Notes: a model not told the origin generated them from the sequence alone. Shown: positions 9,893 to 20,065, numbered from the stretch's first letter. The stretch: 64,000 nt of DNA from a virus (IMGVR_UViG_3300033463_000005:32001-96000), one strand, 5' to 3'. A program made the numbers and translations.

Positions 9893-10120
9893 TTATGAAA
9901 GTTCATCGACCAGATCATCAATTGCCGTATCATGAAATACCTGACGTGCATGATTAATCGAATCTGTATGCGATGAATTCATCGCCTGCATATTCTGTTT
10001 CGCTTGATGTTCTTTCTGTATCTTTCGAATCTCTCGGAGACGGTTTACGAATTTTCGTGGCATTCGTAAGAGTGTCTCTATTGGCAAACATCGATTGAAT
10101 AAGTCACCCAATTCAATCAA
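9893..10120 (-). CDS. Small partner of the baseplate/tail assembly protein (possible frameshift extension)
   Basis: LPIETLLRMPRK resembles the small ORFs that follow T4 gp26/gp51-like genes; lies in the -1 frame of the upstream gene. Confidence 0.55.
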   Translation of the reverse strand: MIELGDLFNRCLPIETLLRMPRKFVNRLREIRKIQKEHQAKQNMQAMNSSHTDSINHARQVFHDTAIDDLVDELS

Positions 10121-11889
10121 TTCGACTCCATCCCGATCAAGTTTATTTCGGTAGACGACAGCCTCCGAGCAAGTTGGAAAATCAAGTCTTCTCCAATGTC
10201 AGGAATAATGATACGGTCGTCATGGTGACCACAATTATCACATGTGAAGTTCTCGATATAGAACTGCATGGGTGATGCGGTCTTCTTTGCAATTGTCTGA
10301 ATCAGATTCAACAGGATTGCCTGATCCTTCATATCCAATGATGTTGTGATAATCTTCTCGATATCATCCCAATCATCAAACCGATATTCAACCTCTTCAC
10401 CCTTGTTATTCTTCTTGATGATAGAGATTGCGGTGATGAACAGAGCATGTGTCAACAGATAACCATGCTCCGGATTCTCCTCGGTATCATCGGTTCTGCC
10501 ATCCGGATAGAATCGTTTCTCCAAAGCATTCATCAGAGGATAACGACGATTCAAGAAATCGTATGCAGAAGGACGATCATCGATTTCAACAATGAATCCG
10601 GTGTTCGGAAGCTTGTACCGTTTCAATGTGGAATTAATTTTGTTATAATGGTCAATTGCGGGTTGACCATAGCCAACAGTATGTGTTGTTTCATACTGGT
10701 ATTCTTTCATCAATTCATCATCAACATGAATGATGGTGCGAGGACGATACTTCAAGCTATGGACCTTTTTACATTTCGGATTCGAGCAACGAATCGGAAC
10801 CGTCTCCTCATCATCTGCAGCACCAATCAGGATACCCCACATCAACAGCTCACGATCACCATACTTGGTTTTCTTCAAGAAATCTTCGAAATCTTTGAAC
10901 TCACCGATGGAAACGTTCTTGATATGATCGTAAATAATAGACCACTGTTTCTTATCCTGGTCAACAGAATTACCGGACATCGGTGTAGAACCAAGCTGAA
11001 TGAATTCATAATAGTTGACCGGTTTCAATGTGCAACGATATGCAGACAACGGAAGTGTCAGCGGCACATCACCGAGTTCTGCAACATACGGTTCAATGAT
11101 ACCAGCCTGCTGTGAATTATGAATCACCTTTGATGACATCAATTCTTGTTGTGTCACTTCTTTCACGATGATGTTGATCTGATTGGTTGTTGTCATTGCC
11201 TGTACAACATCCTGGTCCACATTCACCGTGACAGGAGAACCTTTCTCAACACTGATGTTGATCGTTGGCGGTTCTTGGCTTGGCATCTGATTGTCTGATG
11301 CAACCGTTTCTGTTGTTTCTACTGCATCCTGTGTTTCCTGCTTTGGTTCTTCCGGCTGTACTTCCGCAGGAACCCAGTTCCTGATGATCAGCTGTTCAAA
11401 TTCCGGTGTAATCGTCGTGCCAGAAACATGATAGATGGAAACCAATTCGCCCATGATGTGACGCTGCAACTCCGGATCGTCATCGGTTGAAACCGGGATG
11501 CCACCAACAGGAAGATTGTTCTTCTTCACAACTTCATCAATCATCTGACCAACAATATCAAGTGTCGTTGCTTGGAATGTAATAGCTTGATTTTGATATT
11601 CTTTGTCAATTGAAATCGGGGGCATAGCAACCTTCTTGGCTTCTTCTTGCTCTCGTTCAATACGAGACTGTGCTGCACGCAAAGCGCGTTCTTCAGCATC
11701 TGCTTCCTCTTCACGTGCAATTTCTGATGCAAGATCATTTACGCCATATTCATCATCAGCATCAGAAGTTTGATTTGCCATTTCTGATGTTGCTTCAACT
11801 GCATCAGAAATGGGTTCGGAACTTGGTTCTGTTTTTGACACACGAGACATCAGTTCCTCGAGCGGATCTATGAATTGTGTATTATCCAT
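10117..11889 (-). CDS. Baseplate hub/tail assembly protein, T4 gp26/gp51-like, with acidic N-terminal extension
   Basis: LTLPLS, DRELLMWGI, Cys pairs CSNPKC and CDNCGH near the C-terminus. Confidence 0.55.
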   Translation of the reverse strand: MDNTQFIDPLEELMSRVSKTEPSSEPISDAVEATSEMANQTSDADDEYGVNDLASEIAREEEADAEERALRAAQSRIEREQEEAKKVAMPPISIDKEYQNQAITFQATTLDIVGQMIDEVVKKNNLPVGGIPVSTDDDPELQRHIMGELVSIYHVSGTTITPEFEQLIIRNWVPAEVQPEEPKQETQDAVETTETVASDNQMPSQEPPTINISVEKGSPVTVNVDQDVVQAMTTTNQINIIVKEVTQQELMSSKVIHNSQQAGIIEPYVAELGDVPLTLPLSAYRCTLKPVNYYEFIQLGSTPMSGNSVDQDKKQWSIIYDHIKNVSIGEFKDFEDFLKKTKYGDRELLMWGILIGAADDEETVPIRCSNPKCKKVHSLKYRPRTIIHVDDELMKEYQYETTHTVGYGQPAIDHYNKINSTLKRYKLPNTGFIVEIDDRPSAYDFLNRRYPLMNALEKRFYPDGRTDDTEENPEHGYLLTHALFITAISIIKKNNKGEEVEYRFDDWDDIEKIITTSLDMKDQAILLNLIQTIAKKTASPMQFYIENFTCDNCGHHDDRIIIPDIGEDLIFQLARRLSSTEINLIGMESN

Positions 11890-12041
11890 ATCGCTTCAAT
11901 TCTCCTTTATCATAATTTAATTTCAAACAGAAACATATATGATTATTATGAATCATCATATGAAATAAGTATGAAATTATAAGGACTGTTTAAGGAATGT
12001 CTGTATAAAAATAAATAACTTCATTTGAAAGGAATGAGTTC

Positions 12042-12770
12042 ATGATGACTGTTACATTTAACAGAGAAAACGAAACAGATATCTTTGGCAAATTATTATG
12101 GGAAAATCCGGAGTTTCCATATGTCTTTAGAAAGAACATTGTTGAATATGATATGCGGTCTGCATCATTGTCCGTATCACGTAGATTCAAACTGTTACCG
12201 GATCAACAGTTGGATCAATTCGAACGCATGCCAAAAGAGAAACGAACAAAAGAAGTTGGTTTGATTCAACGGGACAACAAAGAATTCTCGGAAAATATGA
12301 TCAATGGTATTCTGCAAACCAGAAAAGAATTTCTGACATTGAATCATTTGGATGAATCGAATATCATCACATTGCATTCCGATGCAATCATATTCATCCA
12401 ATCATCCGATGTGATTGACAAAATTGATTGTGTTCCATTTATCAAGAAACACACATGGTCATCTTATCTACGATATGACCGTGTCGAAATGTTTTATGAC
12501 AATGGAATCATCACATATAAAGGAATTCCAAAACAAATGTTACAGCAACATACACTTGGTATCTGTCAATATCTATTAAAAGTATTTGAGATGATTGAAG
12601 AATACGATGATTCCATTTTCCAATATCTAAATAAATTTCAAAAGATGTATTTGCAAGACAAATTTCCGGAATACTATTATATCCCATTTGGAAACACCGG
12701 AAAATACAAACGTGAAAATATGCGATTGTTTTCGTATATCGCAAAGATTGCACTACAGGAGGTGCGGTGA
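12042..12770 (+). CDS. Small DNA polymerase (PolB-like) palm-domain protein
   Basis: Motif A-like IVEYDMRSAS, motif C-like ITLHSDAIIF, downstream YKGI. Early-type promoter at 11936-11943. Confidence 0.45.
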   Translation: MMTVTFNRENETDIFGKLLWENPEFPYVFRKNIVEYDMRSASLSVSRRFKLLPDQQLDQFERMPKEKRTKEVGLIQRDNKEFSENMINGILQTRKEFLTLNHLDESNIITLHSDAIIFIQSSDVIDKIDCVPFIKKHTWSSYLRYDRVEMFYDNGIITYKGIPKQMLQQHTLGICQYLLKVFEMIEEYDDSIFQYLNKFQKMYLQDKFPEYYYIPFGNTGKYKRENMRLFSYIAKIALQEVR

Positions 12771-12773
12771 ATC

Positions 12774-13391
12774 ATGACTGCGAAGGGATATAAATTCACA
12801 TGGAAACCAATGATTCAAAATGCCAATACAACATTCCAAACCGTATGTGCATATGACAGAGAATCCATCACAATGTTTCTCACACAGCATGGATTTGATC
12901 CGAATACAGCACATATCGAAATCGTATATGACGAAGAGGAGATTGAAGATGGATGCCTGCTACACATCCATCATTTCGGATCAAGAAACAGAGACCGGCT
13001 GTATGATGTTATGACATGTGAAGAAATCATGACATATGTCATTACACGTGTCGGTGATGAATTAAATTCGACAATGGAATTGGGTGCATGTGCATTACGT
13101 GGCGAGATTGAATTATTCGGAAAAATATCAAAGTTATTGGAACAATTGGAATATACATTCATACAAGATCCATTTGCTGCTGATGCATCCGGATATGATT
13201 CCGTTGATCCGAAAGAATATGGGAATGGATATCCGTATTATGAATCGTTCGCAATCACAAAAGATGAATATGTCGATGCATTGTATGAGTTTCTACACAC
13301 GGAAAGTCATTATAGCAGACCAGTACAACCAATTACATTGGAATCATATGTGAATATATTCACATCAGGATTATTGTTAGGAGGACATTGA
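12774..13391 (+). CDS. Hypothetical protein
   Basis: RBS GGAGGTG; operon position. Confidence 0.75.
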   Translation: MTAKGYKFTWKPMIQNANTTFQTVCAYDRESITMFLTQHGFDPNTAHIEIVYDEEEIEDGCLLHIHHFGSRNRDRLYDVMTCEEIMTYVITRVGDELNSTMELGACALRGEIELFGKISKLLEQLEYTFIQDPFAADASGYDSVDPKEYGNGYPYYESFAITKDEYVDALYEFLHTESHYSRPVQPITLESYVNIFTSGLLLGGH

Positions 13392-13392
13392 T

Positions 13393-13791
13393 ATGCCAAA
13401 GAAACCAGAACCAACATTGGTTGAATTAATTGAATCTCATAAACCAAAGAATTTCAAATATTACTTTCATATGAAAGATGATGCCTATCTGATCGAACTC
13501 GAGAATCAGAAGTATGATCTGACAAATCTTGATACAATTCAGAATTCCGAATTGATTCATGCTGCGATGGAAGCACCATTTCAGTATTATGATAGAAGCA
13601 TTGTTGCAAAAGCAAAGGAACCATCTGTCATGGAACACGGGGTGTTATTGACAAAGAAGATGGCAACGAAAACAGACAAGAAGTTATCACAAGTTGGTTT
13701 GGGTTATTTCACACTCAATCAGGTATCATATGTCACAATCAAATTATGTTATGACAAATTTGATATCTATGAGATTTTCATATTGACATAA
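13393..13791 (+). CDS. Hypothetical protein
   Basis: RBS AGGAGG; ends at a terminator. Confidence 0.75.
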   Translation: MPKKPEPTLVELIESHKPKNFKYYFHMKDDAYLIELENQKYDLTNLDTIQNSELIHAAMEAPFQYYDRSIVAKAKEPSVMEHGVLLTKKMATKTDKKLSQVGLGYFTLNQVSYVTIKLCYDKFDIYEIFILT

Positions 13792-13796
13792 AGAGA

Positions 13797-13822
13797 TATG
13801 TGGGGGCTTTCGCCCCCACATA
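13797..13822. terminator. Bidirectional hairpin terminator
   Basis: TATGTGGGGGC-TTTC-GCCCCCACATA between convergent genes. Confidence 0.75.
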
Positions 13823-13832
13823 CCATCTTCGA

Positions 13833-14948
13833 TTACTCGTTATCTTTTTTCTTGATGACCGGACGATACGGGTCAGCAATAGAGGTATAACTACCTTGTG
13901 GGTCGTTATAGATACGAGAGTGATCAGCAGGTGTGATTGCAGCTTCCGGTTTCGCCGCACGAACAACATTACGCTGCTCGGCTTCGAATACAGGAATGTT
14001 ACCGACACCAGACTGAACAGCATCCAGATCAGGACGTCTACCCTTATTGAACATATCGGTGTTGATATCACCATATGTTGTCGGGTTCGCAGTCGTGAAG
14101 AATGCATCGCCAGCACCAGGATTGAAGTTGAGCTTGTTGCCAAAGATCGCAAACTGTTGAACATATCTTGCAGCAAGGTCATTGACATATGCAGACTCGA
14201 CGAACTGACAGTTGTATGTCAGTGTAAGTGTCTGCAGATTAGATTGACCCTGACCATTATGATTGAAGAGATCATATCCAACCTTTGCAGTCGGAATGCA
14301 ACCAAGTGCCATCAGAGCACCCTCAACACGTGCACCAGATCTATCGAGTGCAATGATGAGGAATTCTGCAACTTCCCATGCAGGGGATGGCTCCAGTGCC
14401 AGAGAAGATCCGCCACCGTTTGCCGGCATGAAGATACGCTGCGGAACTTCATTTGCATCAACAGAACCTGCAACAAGACCCTGATAATGTGTGAGACCAG
14501 TGATCTCATCAGCAATACCATCAATCCACATATTATGGAAGTTCGCTGCAGGACGACCCTGAAGTTCAGGAATCGTGATGCTCAATTGTTGGTTATTGTT
14601 CGCATTCTGAACAGTCGGAATGGCGATGCTTCTTGCAGCAAAACCACCCTGCAGGTTCGTGAATGCCAGTGAGTGATCACCAGGCTGAACCTGAATGCCA
14701 GTATTGTAGAATTCAACCAACTTCTTGTATGTCGCAAATTGAGTGTTGGTATATGCATCTCTTCCGTCACCGAAATAATGCATCAAGAAGAAAGGACCGC
14801 GATACATGACACAGATAACACGGTTTGTTGTCTCGGGGTTTAGACTCCGGAGTGTATGAACATCCGGAGTCAAACCGCCGAGCATACCTGTATACTGGGA
14901 GAGATCTCCATTGTATTCGCGAATACCAGTTTGAAGGCTAATCGGCAT
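13833..14948 (-). CDS. Probable tail tube protein
   Basis: Directly downstream of the sheath gene; beta-rich; strong RBS. Assignment rests mainly on synteny. Confidence 0.55.
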   Translation of the reverse strand: MPISLQTGIREYNGDLSQYTGMLGGLTPDVHTLRSLNPETTNRVICVMYRGPFFLMHYFGDGRDAYTNTQFATYKKLVEFYNTGIQVQPGDHSLAFTNLQGGFAARSIAIPTVQNANNNQQLSITIPELQGRPAANFHNMWIDGIADEITGLTHYQGLVAGSVDANEVPQRIFMPANGGGSSLALEPSPAWEVAEFLIIALDRSGARVEGALMALGCIPTAKVGYDLFNHNGQGQSNLQTLTLTYNCQFVESAYVNDLAARYVQQFAIFGNKLNFNPGAGDAFFTTANPTTYGDINTDMFNKGRRPDLDAVQSGVGNIPVFEAEQRNVVRAAKPEAAITPADHSRIYNDPQGSYTSIADPYRPVIKKKDNE

Positions 14949-14973
14949 AATCGTTTACTCTCCTTTCTGTAAA

Positions 14974-17900
14974 TTAGCTGGAACGTCTGTTGACATTCAC
15001 GATGACCGGGATCCGGAGAGTGATACCACGGAATGTGACGTTCACATAGCAGACAACAACCTCACCACCGTCGATTGGATCGATGTCGCGAGCAAACTCA
15101 ATTTGAAGTGATTCAACCAAGTTGCCAGCCCAGTTGGAGAACATGTTGTTGACTTCATCAGAGATTGTCTTCAGCACAGAATCATCCGTATACTCAAACA
15201 GCTTCTCTTCCAACTTGTTCTGGAGCATATAGCAGAGTTGAGAGAGTGTTCTCATATTGGATTCCTGGAGCAGGTCTGATGTCGAAGAAGATCTCATGAG
15301 CGTGCGCTGAGATTTACGAACGAGGTTGCCGTTCACATCCGGTACCCAAACGTTACCACCAGCATTATACAGAAGCTCTCTGTAATCCCAATCTGTGACG
15401 TCGAGATCCGGGAAGAAGGAGAGATATTCGGTTGGACGAATCATTGTATAGTTGCCAGTGAACGGTTTGTTGACCGTCGTGGACTTGCAGTGTCTTGCCA
15501 GATTGTCTGCAATTCTCTTGACGAATGTGTATGGGTTGCCATCTGCTGCAGAGACATAACCACCAATATCCCAAGAACCGTTCGGGTTATCGAAACGCTT
15601 CAGGAAGGAATTGTTGATTGCAGTTGCAGAGATGGAATCAGACATACCACCATCAAGATGCAGTGACAGGCCATAACCAGGACCGAGCGGACGCTTTGAT
15701 TCTGGCATGCCATAGTAGCAACGGTACACCATCAGATCATACATTGCAGCCTTAACGTCAATGTCAGCAGAATCCCAAGTGATGATATTCGGATGGAGCA
15801 TAACTTCATCTTTCTCATCTGCAGTGAAGATTGTGGAAGCATTGATCAATTCAGCCGGAGTGTACTGAATCGACGGAAGTACAGTCTGTCCAACGATTGT
15901 GTTCGTACCACCGTCAAACAGATATTTTGCCGCGCATCTGACAGGAGACATGATTCTCGGATCAAGTTGACCGCGATATGCACGAACAAGCAGTTGTGAA
16001 TATCTCCACTTGAACTCGATATCATTCAGAGCATCATCGAAGAAACCGGTGTAACCATCGTGGAGTTTCACACCACCATAGTTCGAAGTGACGTTGATGC
16101 CGTAGTTATTGGAGTAATAATCATTCGGAATCACGACAGCGGTTTCTTCTTGTACACGGAAGATGGAACCAATGGAACCAGTCACCATGTAACGAACGAT
16201 GTCCTTCGGAATGAAGTTGTCGCCAATGACCTGTGTGAAGTCATTCGCTGTGAATGCGAAGTTTGTCACCTTCACGATTTCGGTTGCTGAAGAATCATCG
16301 GTATAACCGGATGCACTCTTCACAACCATCCTGACGAATTTGTCGCTCTTCTGGAATGCATCTGCTGCAGCCAGATAGTAGTAATCACCAGCAACCTGAT
16401 CGAAGTATCTCGTGTGATTATCCTGGGTGAGTTCAGTGGTGTATGCAGCATCCGAATAGAACTTTCCATCTTCGGTCTTGTAATAACCAGCAACATCTTT
16501 CGTGACGAGACGATATGTGCCAGCAATATCATCAAGATCTTGCATGTTCGGTTCTGCAGCAGTACCATAATTGATGAACGGATGATTCTTCGCGTTATAT
16601 TGCTGCAGACGAACAGTACCTTCTGATGTTGCATAACCATCGAGCAGAGAAACGATCTTCTGACCGATGTAATATGTATCAGTAGTCCATTCCGGAGCAG
16701 TATCACCGACAACAGGCTTGTATTCAACATTATCGCCACTACCAGTTTTCACGAAGTAGTTCTTATAATGATCAGCCCAATCAGAAGGTGCAGCATTCAG
16801 TAATGTATACTGATAGGATTCAAACGCATACTTTCTGTCAGTACCGACAGTTGACATATAGGTGAGTTGTTCCTGGGAGAAACCACTACCAGATGTCACA
16901 GCGCTCTTTGGCTGATAGTACTGGAAGTCATCTTCACTGACCTGGAAGACATCAAACTCGGTACCAATCACATCTGCATCAACAGAGACATTAGAAGGAA
17001 CAGCACCATACTTCTTGGTTGCAGCAGTAACTTCAACCAGTTCATCCAGCTTCGATTCAATGTTAGAAGCATCGATCGGAGTCTCGGTATACGGAACGAC
17101 ATACACTTTCGATGCAGTATCATCAAGATCGATGTAGGTGCTTCCGATTGTGATGTCAGGAGCCTGTTGACCAGCAGGTGGAGTCAACTCAGTAGACAAT
17201 GTGACCAGATTCGAATGCTGAACAGCATCCCAATTGATCTTGCTGTAGATATCACCTGTCAGCTCGTCAACGCTGTCAAGTGCATTGACAACGAAGAGCT
17301 TCCATGATGTGTTATTGGTATCTTCTGTATCAACACCAACCACATGCTTTGCAATGATATCACCGAGGTGAACAGAACCGTTGTCAAGCTTTCTCTTCAA
17401 TGCTGCCGTGATGTCATCTGTGATTGCATTGACATCAAAGATTGCACTCAGCGTTGCCGGAGTGTTATTGTTGTTCAGGAGTGAATTGGTTCTGATTGTG
17501 GTAATTGCACCACTGAACTGATTCACACCAGTAACAACATACAAGAACGGATTCGTCATGGAGGATGTGCCAGAATAGAGATAAACATCACCAACATAAG
17601 TCGTTGAACCATCACCATTCACACCCTTTGTCATCGGAAGCAGCTTGTCATTCAACAGCTGCGGAGCATTCTTGTTTTCCTCTGTGGTGTAGATGCAATT
17701 GGATGCAGGAAGCATCTGAATATCAGCAGAACGCATATCAACCTGGAAGAACGGAAGCTTCACAGCTTCATCAGTTCCACCATAGATATACAGACCAAAG
17801 ATCGGATCAAACGTATTGATGTTCATGAATGTGAACACTTCGCGCTGATAATCTGTGATCAGACTGCCGTCAGACATATTGACGAGATTCTGGTAGTTTG

Positions 17901-18753
17901 CACGATACTCATTGTAGAGTTCGCGAACTGCAGCTTCATTCACAAAGTTGACAACAACGGAAGAACCATCGACACGACGTTTCATCGCAACATTAACGCA
18001 TTCAACTGCATCGTCACGATCACCGTTGTTTTCATTGATCAATGATGCGAAATACTGTTCAACGTATACGCTTCTGGTTGTGTCATATGTGGAGAACATA
18101 TAACGAACATTTGCAGGACGTTTACCCTGAACAGTCTGGTTGATCATCGTCGAATAGACATTATATGCAGAACCACGACCAGCAGAGATGTTGACCATGA
18201 ATGCACGACGCTTCCACGGAATCTGGTACGGATCATTTGCAGCAGGTGCGACTTCACCAGCAGCAGCTTTCACGATAGCAGCATTCAGACGTTCTTTATT
18301 GCTGTAATTTGCAAGAGAACGATTCTGCATCAATGTTGCGTTGTCGAGTGTGTTGTAACGGACATGCATTTTCTGCTCATCCGGAATCCAACGCCATTCA
18401 ACTGTCACACAAGAATACGCATAACATGCATCATCCGGTGTAACACGCATCAGCTTGACCGGTGCACCCTGTTCAATCAAAGATAATGGATATGTGATTG
18501 TTTGTCCATATTTTTGAATATCACTTGTGGCAAGATTGCCGAGACCGAATGCAACATTCAGAACATCTGAACGTGTGACATTGATCATCTTTCTGTCTTC
18601 ACCCAACGGCGTACCGACAACAACAATGGTTCCATACAGAGATGGATCGTCCGCCGTCAAGACACCGAGCTCACCCGTGTACGATGAGTTATCCACGATA
18701 TGGATTAACACATGCGGAAACGGATATTTCAGACCAAACTTTGTCTCAAGCAT
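14974..18753 (-). CDS. Tail sheath protein (1259 aa, large insertions)
   Basis: N-terminal YPFPHVLIHIVDNS. C-terminal sheath signature SQRTL...LLQESNMRTL...LFEY...CYVNVTFRGITLRIPVIVNV. CACA-N6-TA promoter at 18847-18858. Confidence 0.85.
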   Translation of the reverse strand: MLETKFGLKYPFPHVLIHIVDNSSYTGELGVLTADDPSLYGTIVVVGTPLGEDRKMINVTRSDVLNVAFGLGNLATSDIQKYGQTITYPLSLIEQGAPVKLMRVTPDDACYAYSCVTVEWRWIPDEQKMHVRYNTLDNATLMQNRSLANYSNKERLNAAIVKAAAGEVAPAANDPYQIPWKRRAFMVNISAGRGSAYNVYSTMINQTVQGKRPANVRYMFSTYDTTRSVYVEQYFASLINENNGDRDDAVECVNVAMKRRVDGSSVVVNFVNEAAVRELYNEYRANYQNLVNMSDGSLITDYQREVFTFMNINTFDPIFGLYIYGGTDEAVKLPFFQVDMRSADIQMLPASNCIYTTEENKNAPQLLNDKLLPMTKGVNGDGSTTYVGDVYLYSGTSSMTNPFLYVVTGVNQFSGAITTIRTNSLLNNNNTPATLSAIFDVNAITDDITAALKRKLDNGSVHLGDIIAKHVVGVDTEDTNNTSWKLFVVNALDSVDELTGDIYSKINWDAVQHSNLVTLSTELTPPAGQQAPDITIGSTYIDLDDTASKVYVVPYTETPIDASNIESKLDELVEVTAATKKYGAVPSNVSVDADVIGTEFDVFQVSEDDFQYYQPKSAVTSGSGFSQEQLTYMSTVGTDRKYAFESYQYTLLNAAPSDWADHYKNYFVKTGSGDNVEYKPVVGDTAPEWTTDTYYIGQKIVSLLDGYATSEGTVRLQQYNAKNHPFINYGTAAEPNMQDLDDIAGTYRLVTKDVAGYYKTEDGKFYSDAAYTTELTQDNHTRYFDQVAGDYYYLAAADAFQKSDKFVRMVVKSASGYTDDSSATEIVKVTNFAFTANDFTQVIGDNFIPKDIVRYMVTGSIGSIFRVQEETAVVIPNDYYSNNYGINVTSNYGGVKLHDGYTGFFDDALNDIEFKWRYSQLLVRAYRGQLDPRIMSPVRCAAKYLFDGGTNTIVGQTVLPSIQYTPAELINASTIFTADEKDEVMLHPNIITWDSADIDVKAAMYDLMVYRCYYGMPESKRPLGPGYGLSLHLDGGMSDSISATAINNSFLKRFDNPNGSWDIGGYVSAADGNPYTFVKRIADNLARHCKSTTVNKPFTGNYTMIRPTEYLSFFPDLDVTDWDYRELLYNAGGNVWVPDVNGNLVRKSQRTLMRSSSTSDLLQESNMRTLSQLCYMLQNKLEEKLFEYTDDSVLKTISDEVNNMFSNWAGNLVESLQIEFARDIDPIDGGEVVVCYVNVTFRGITLRIPVIVNVNRRSS

Positions 18754-18889
18754 CAGGATATCTCTCCTTTACTATAGATTTTAAATTGGCTATATTATGA
18801 AGATCTGGCATGAAGAATCGCAATTCATGCAGATAAACCTCACAATTATCTTTTTGTGTGAAGGCGCATTTGGACACGTGATATAAATG

Positions 18890-18916
18890 AGATATGGGGG
18901 CAAACGCCCCCATATC
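18890..18916. terminator. Hairpin terminator
   Basis: GATATGGGGGC-AAAC-GCCCCCATATC. Confidence 0.75.
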
Positions 18917-18919
18917 GTA

Positions 18920-19888
18920 TTATAAATCTCTCTTAAATTTAACCTTGTACACCTGCATCAAATCATCTGTCGCAGATGAATTCTCACCATCCCGGACGAC
19001 ATCGACAATCTTTGTATCCGGTTTCGGATAATCGGGAAGTAGTTCTCCTGATGCAGAATATGTAATGAAATCATAATCAGAATCTGTATCACCAAGAAGA
19101 ACATATGTTGTTGGGTTATCTTTTTCATATTGCACAGTTGGATTAATAGACTGCGCTTCACCGATAATATCATCTAATACCACAGAAGCTTGATCTGGAT
19201 TTACCGTTGGGAAATTTGTAGATGCTGTAGCCGTGTCAACTTGTGTTTGTGATGGATTCATATCGAAGATTGTATCCATAATCGTCCTTCCCATTTCAAA
19301 TGGAGTCGAAGGTCTTCCGCCAGATACTTGATTCGGATTCGCTCCTTGTCCCGACTGTTGCTGTTGCTTAATTTTCAATTCAGCAATGTTTTTCTTAATT
19401 CCAATCTGTTCTTTATTGATTGCGGTAATTGCGGAACGAGCAGATGTCAATGCTTGCATTGCTGCAATGTCATCTTCATTCAATCCAAATTTTCCTTTGT
19501 CATTTAAGCTCTCCAGCAGTTTCCGTTCAAATACACGGATCACTTTAATTTGATCCGCAGCCAGTGTTCTCAATGCCGCAATGTCAGATGTAAATATCTT
19601 ATTTGGATCTAAACGTTCTTGTAGTGGTCCAAGTTCCAACTGGGATGATAGCTTCTGCATGATATCAGATGAAGCACCCCAGTGTCCACTTGCATATGGT
19701 GAAATATATCCATCGATATTTGGATTAAATTTCGGACGTTCGGAAAATTGTGCATATCGATCTAACCACACATGTGGATCATCTGCAGGACGATCCCATT
19801 CAGCTTGTGGTTGTGCTTGCATTGTTTCCGCCACTTGCTCGAATGATTGCATTTGATCTGCTTGACGGAATGAATCTAACATACTCAT
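18920..19888 (-). CDS. Hypothetical coiled-coil protein
   Basis: 322-aa ORF, RBS GAGAGGAG. Confidence 0.8.
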   Translation of the reverse strand: MSMLDSFRQADQMQSFEQVAETMQAQPQAEWDRPADDPHVWLDRYAQFSERPKFNPNIDGYISPYASGHWGASSDIMQKLSSQLELGPLQERLDPNKIFTSDIAALRTLAADQIKVIRVFERKLLESLNDKGKFGLNEDDIAAMQALTSARSAITAINKEQIGIKKNIAELKIKQQQQSGQGANPNQVSGGRPSTPFEMGRTIMDTIFDMNPSQTQVDTATASTNFPTVNPDQASVVLDDIIGEAQSINPTVQYEKDNPTTYVLLGDTDSDYDFITYSASGELLPDYPKPDTKIVDVVRDGENSSATDDLMQVYKVKFKRDL

Positions 19889-19919
19889 GGAGATTCTCCT
19901 CTCAATATACTATTATAAA

Positions 19920-19998
19920 ATGATAGAGAGGGTGGAGGATGTTAGGAGGTTGACATATCACGGGCAAATATGATATGAATGGCAGCCCTCTCTATCAT
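19920..19998 (-). ncRNA. Candidate structured small RNA 2 (or 5' leader of the 19888 gene)
   Basis: 13-bp closing stem 19920-19932/19986-19998; inner hairpin CATATCA/TGATATG; two anti-SD motifs on the minus strand; AACA-N6-TA promoter at 20009-19998. Confidence 0.6.
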
Positions 19999-20035
19999 AT
20001 CCTTTTGTTCAGATAAATTCAAATATCAAAAAAAA

Positions 20036-20062
20036 ATATGGAGGGACATTGTCCCTCCATAT
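20036..20062. terminator. Hairpin terminator
   Basis: ATATGGAGGGAC-ATT-GTCCCTCCATAT with a T-run on the minus strand. Confidence 0.75.
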
Positions 20063-20065
20063 CGT

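Noticed and set aside
13800-14672. 290-aa plus-strand ORF, and similar ORFs such as 10447-11115, 59691-60263, 3237-3833 and 55436-55921
   Set aside because: These are antisense shadows of well-supported genes, with no RBS or motifs.
19957-19978. c-di-GMP riboswitch, suggested by GGGCAAA
   Set aside because: The rest of the GEMM two-hairpin consensus is absent.
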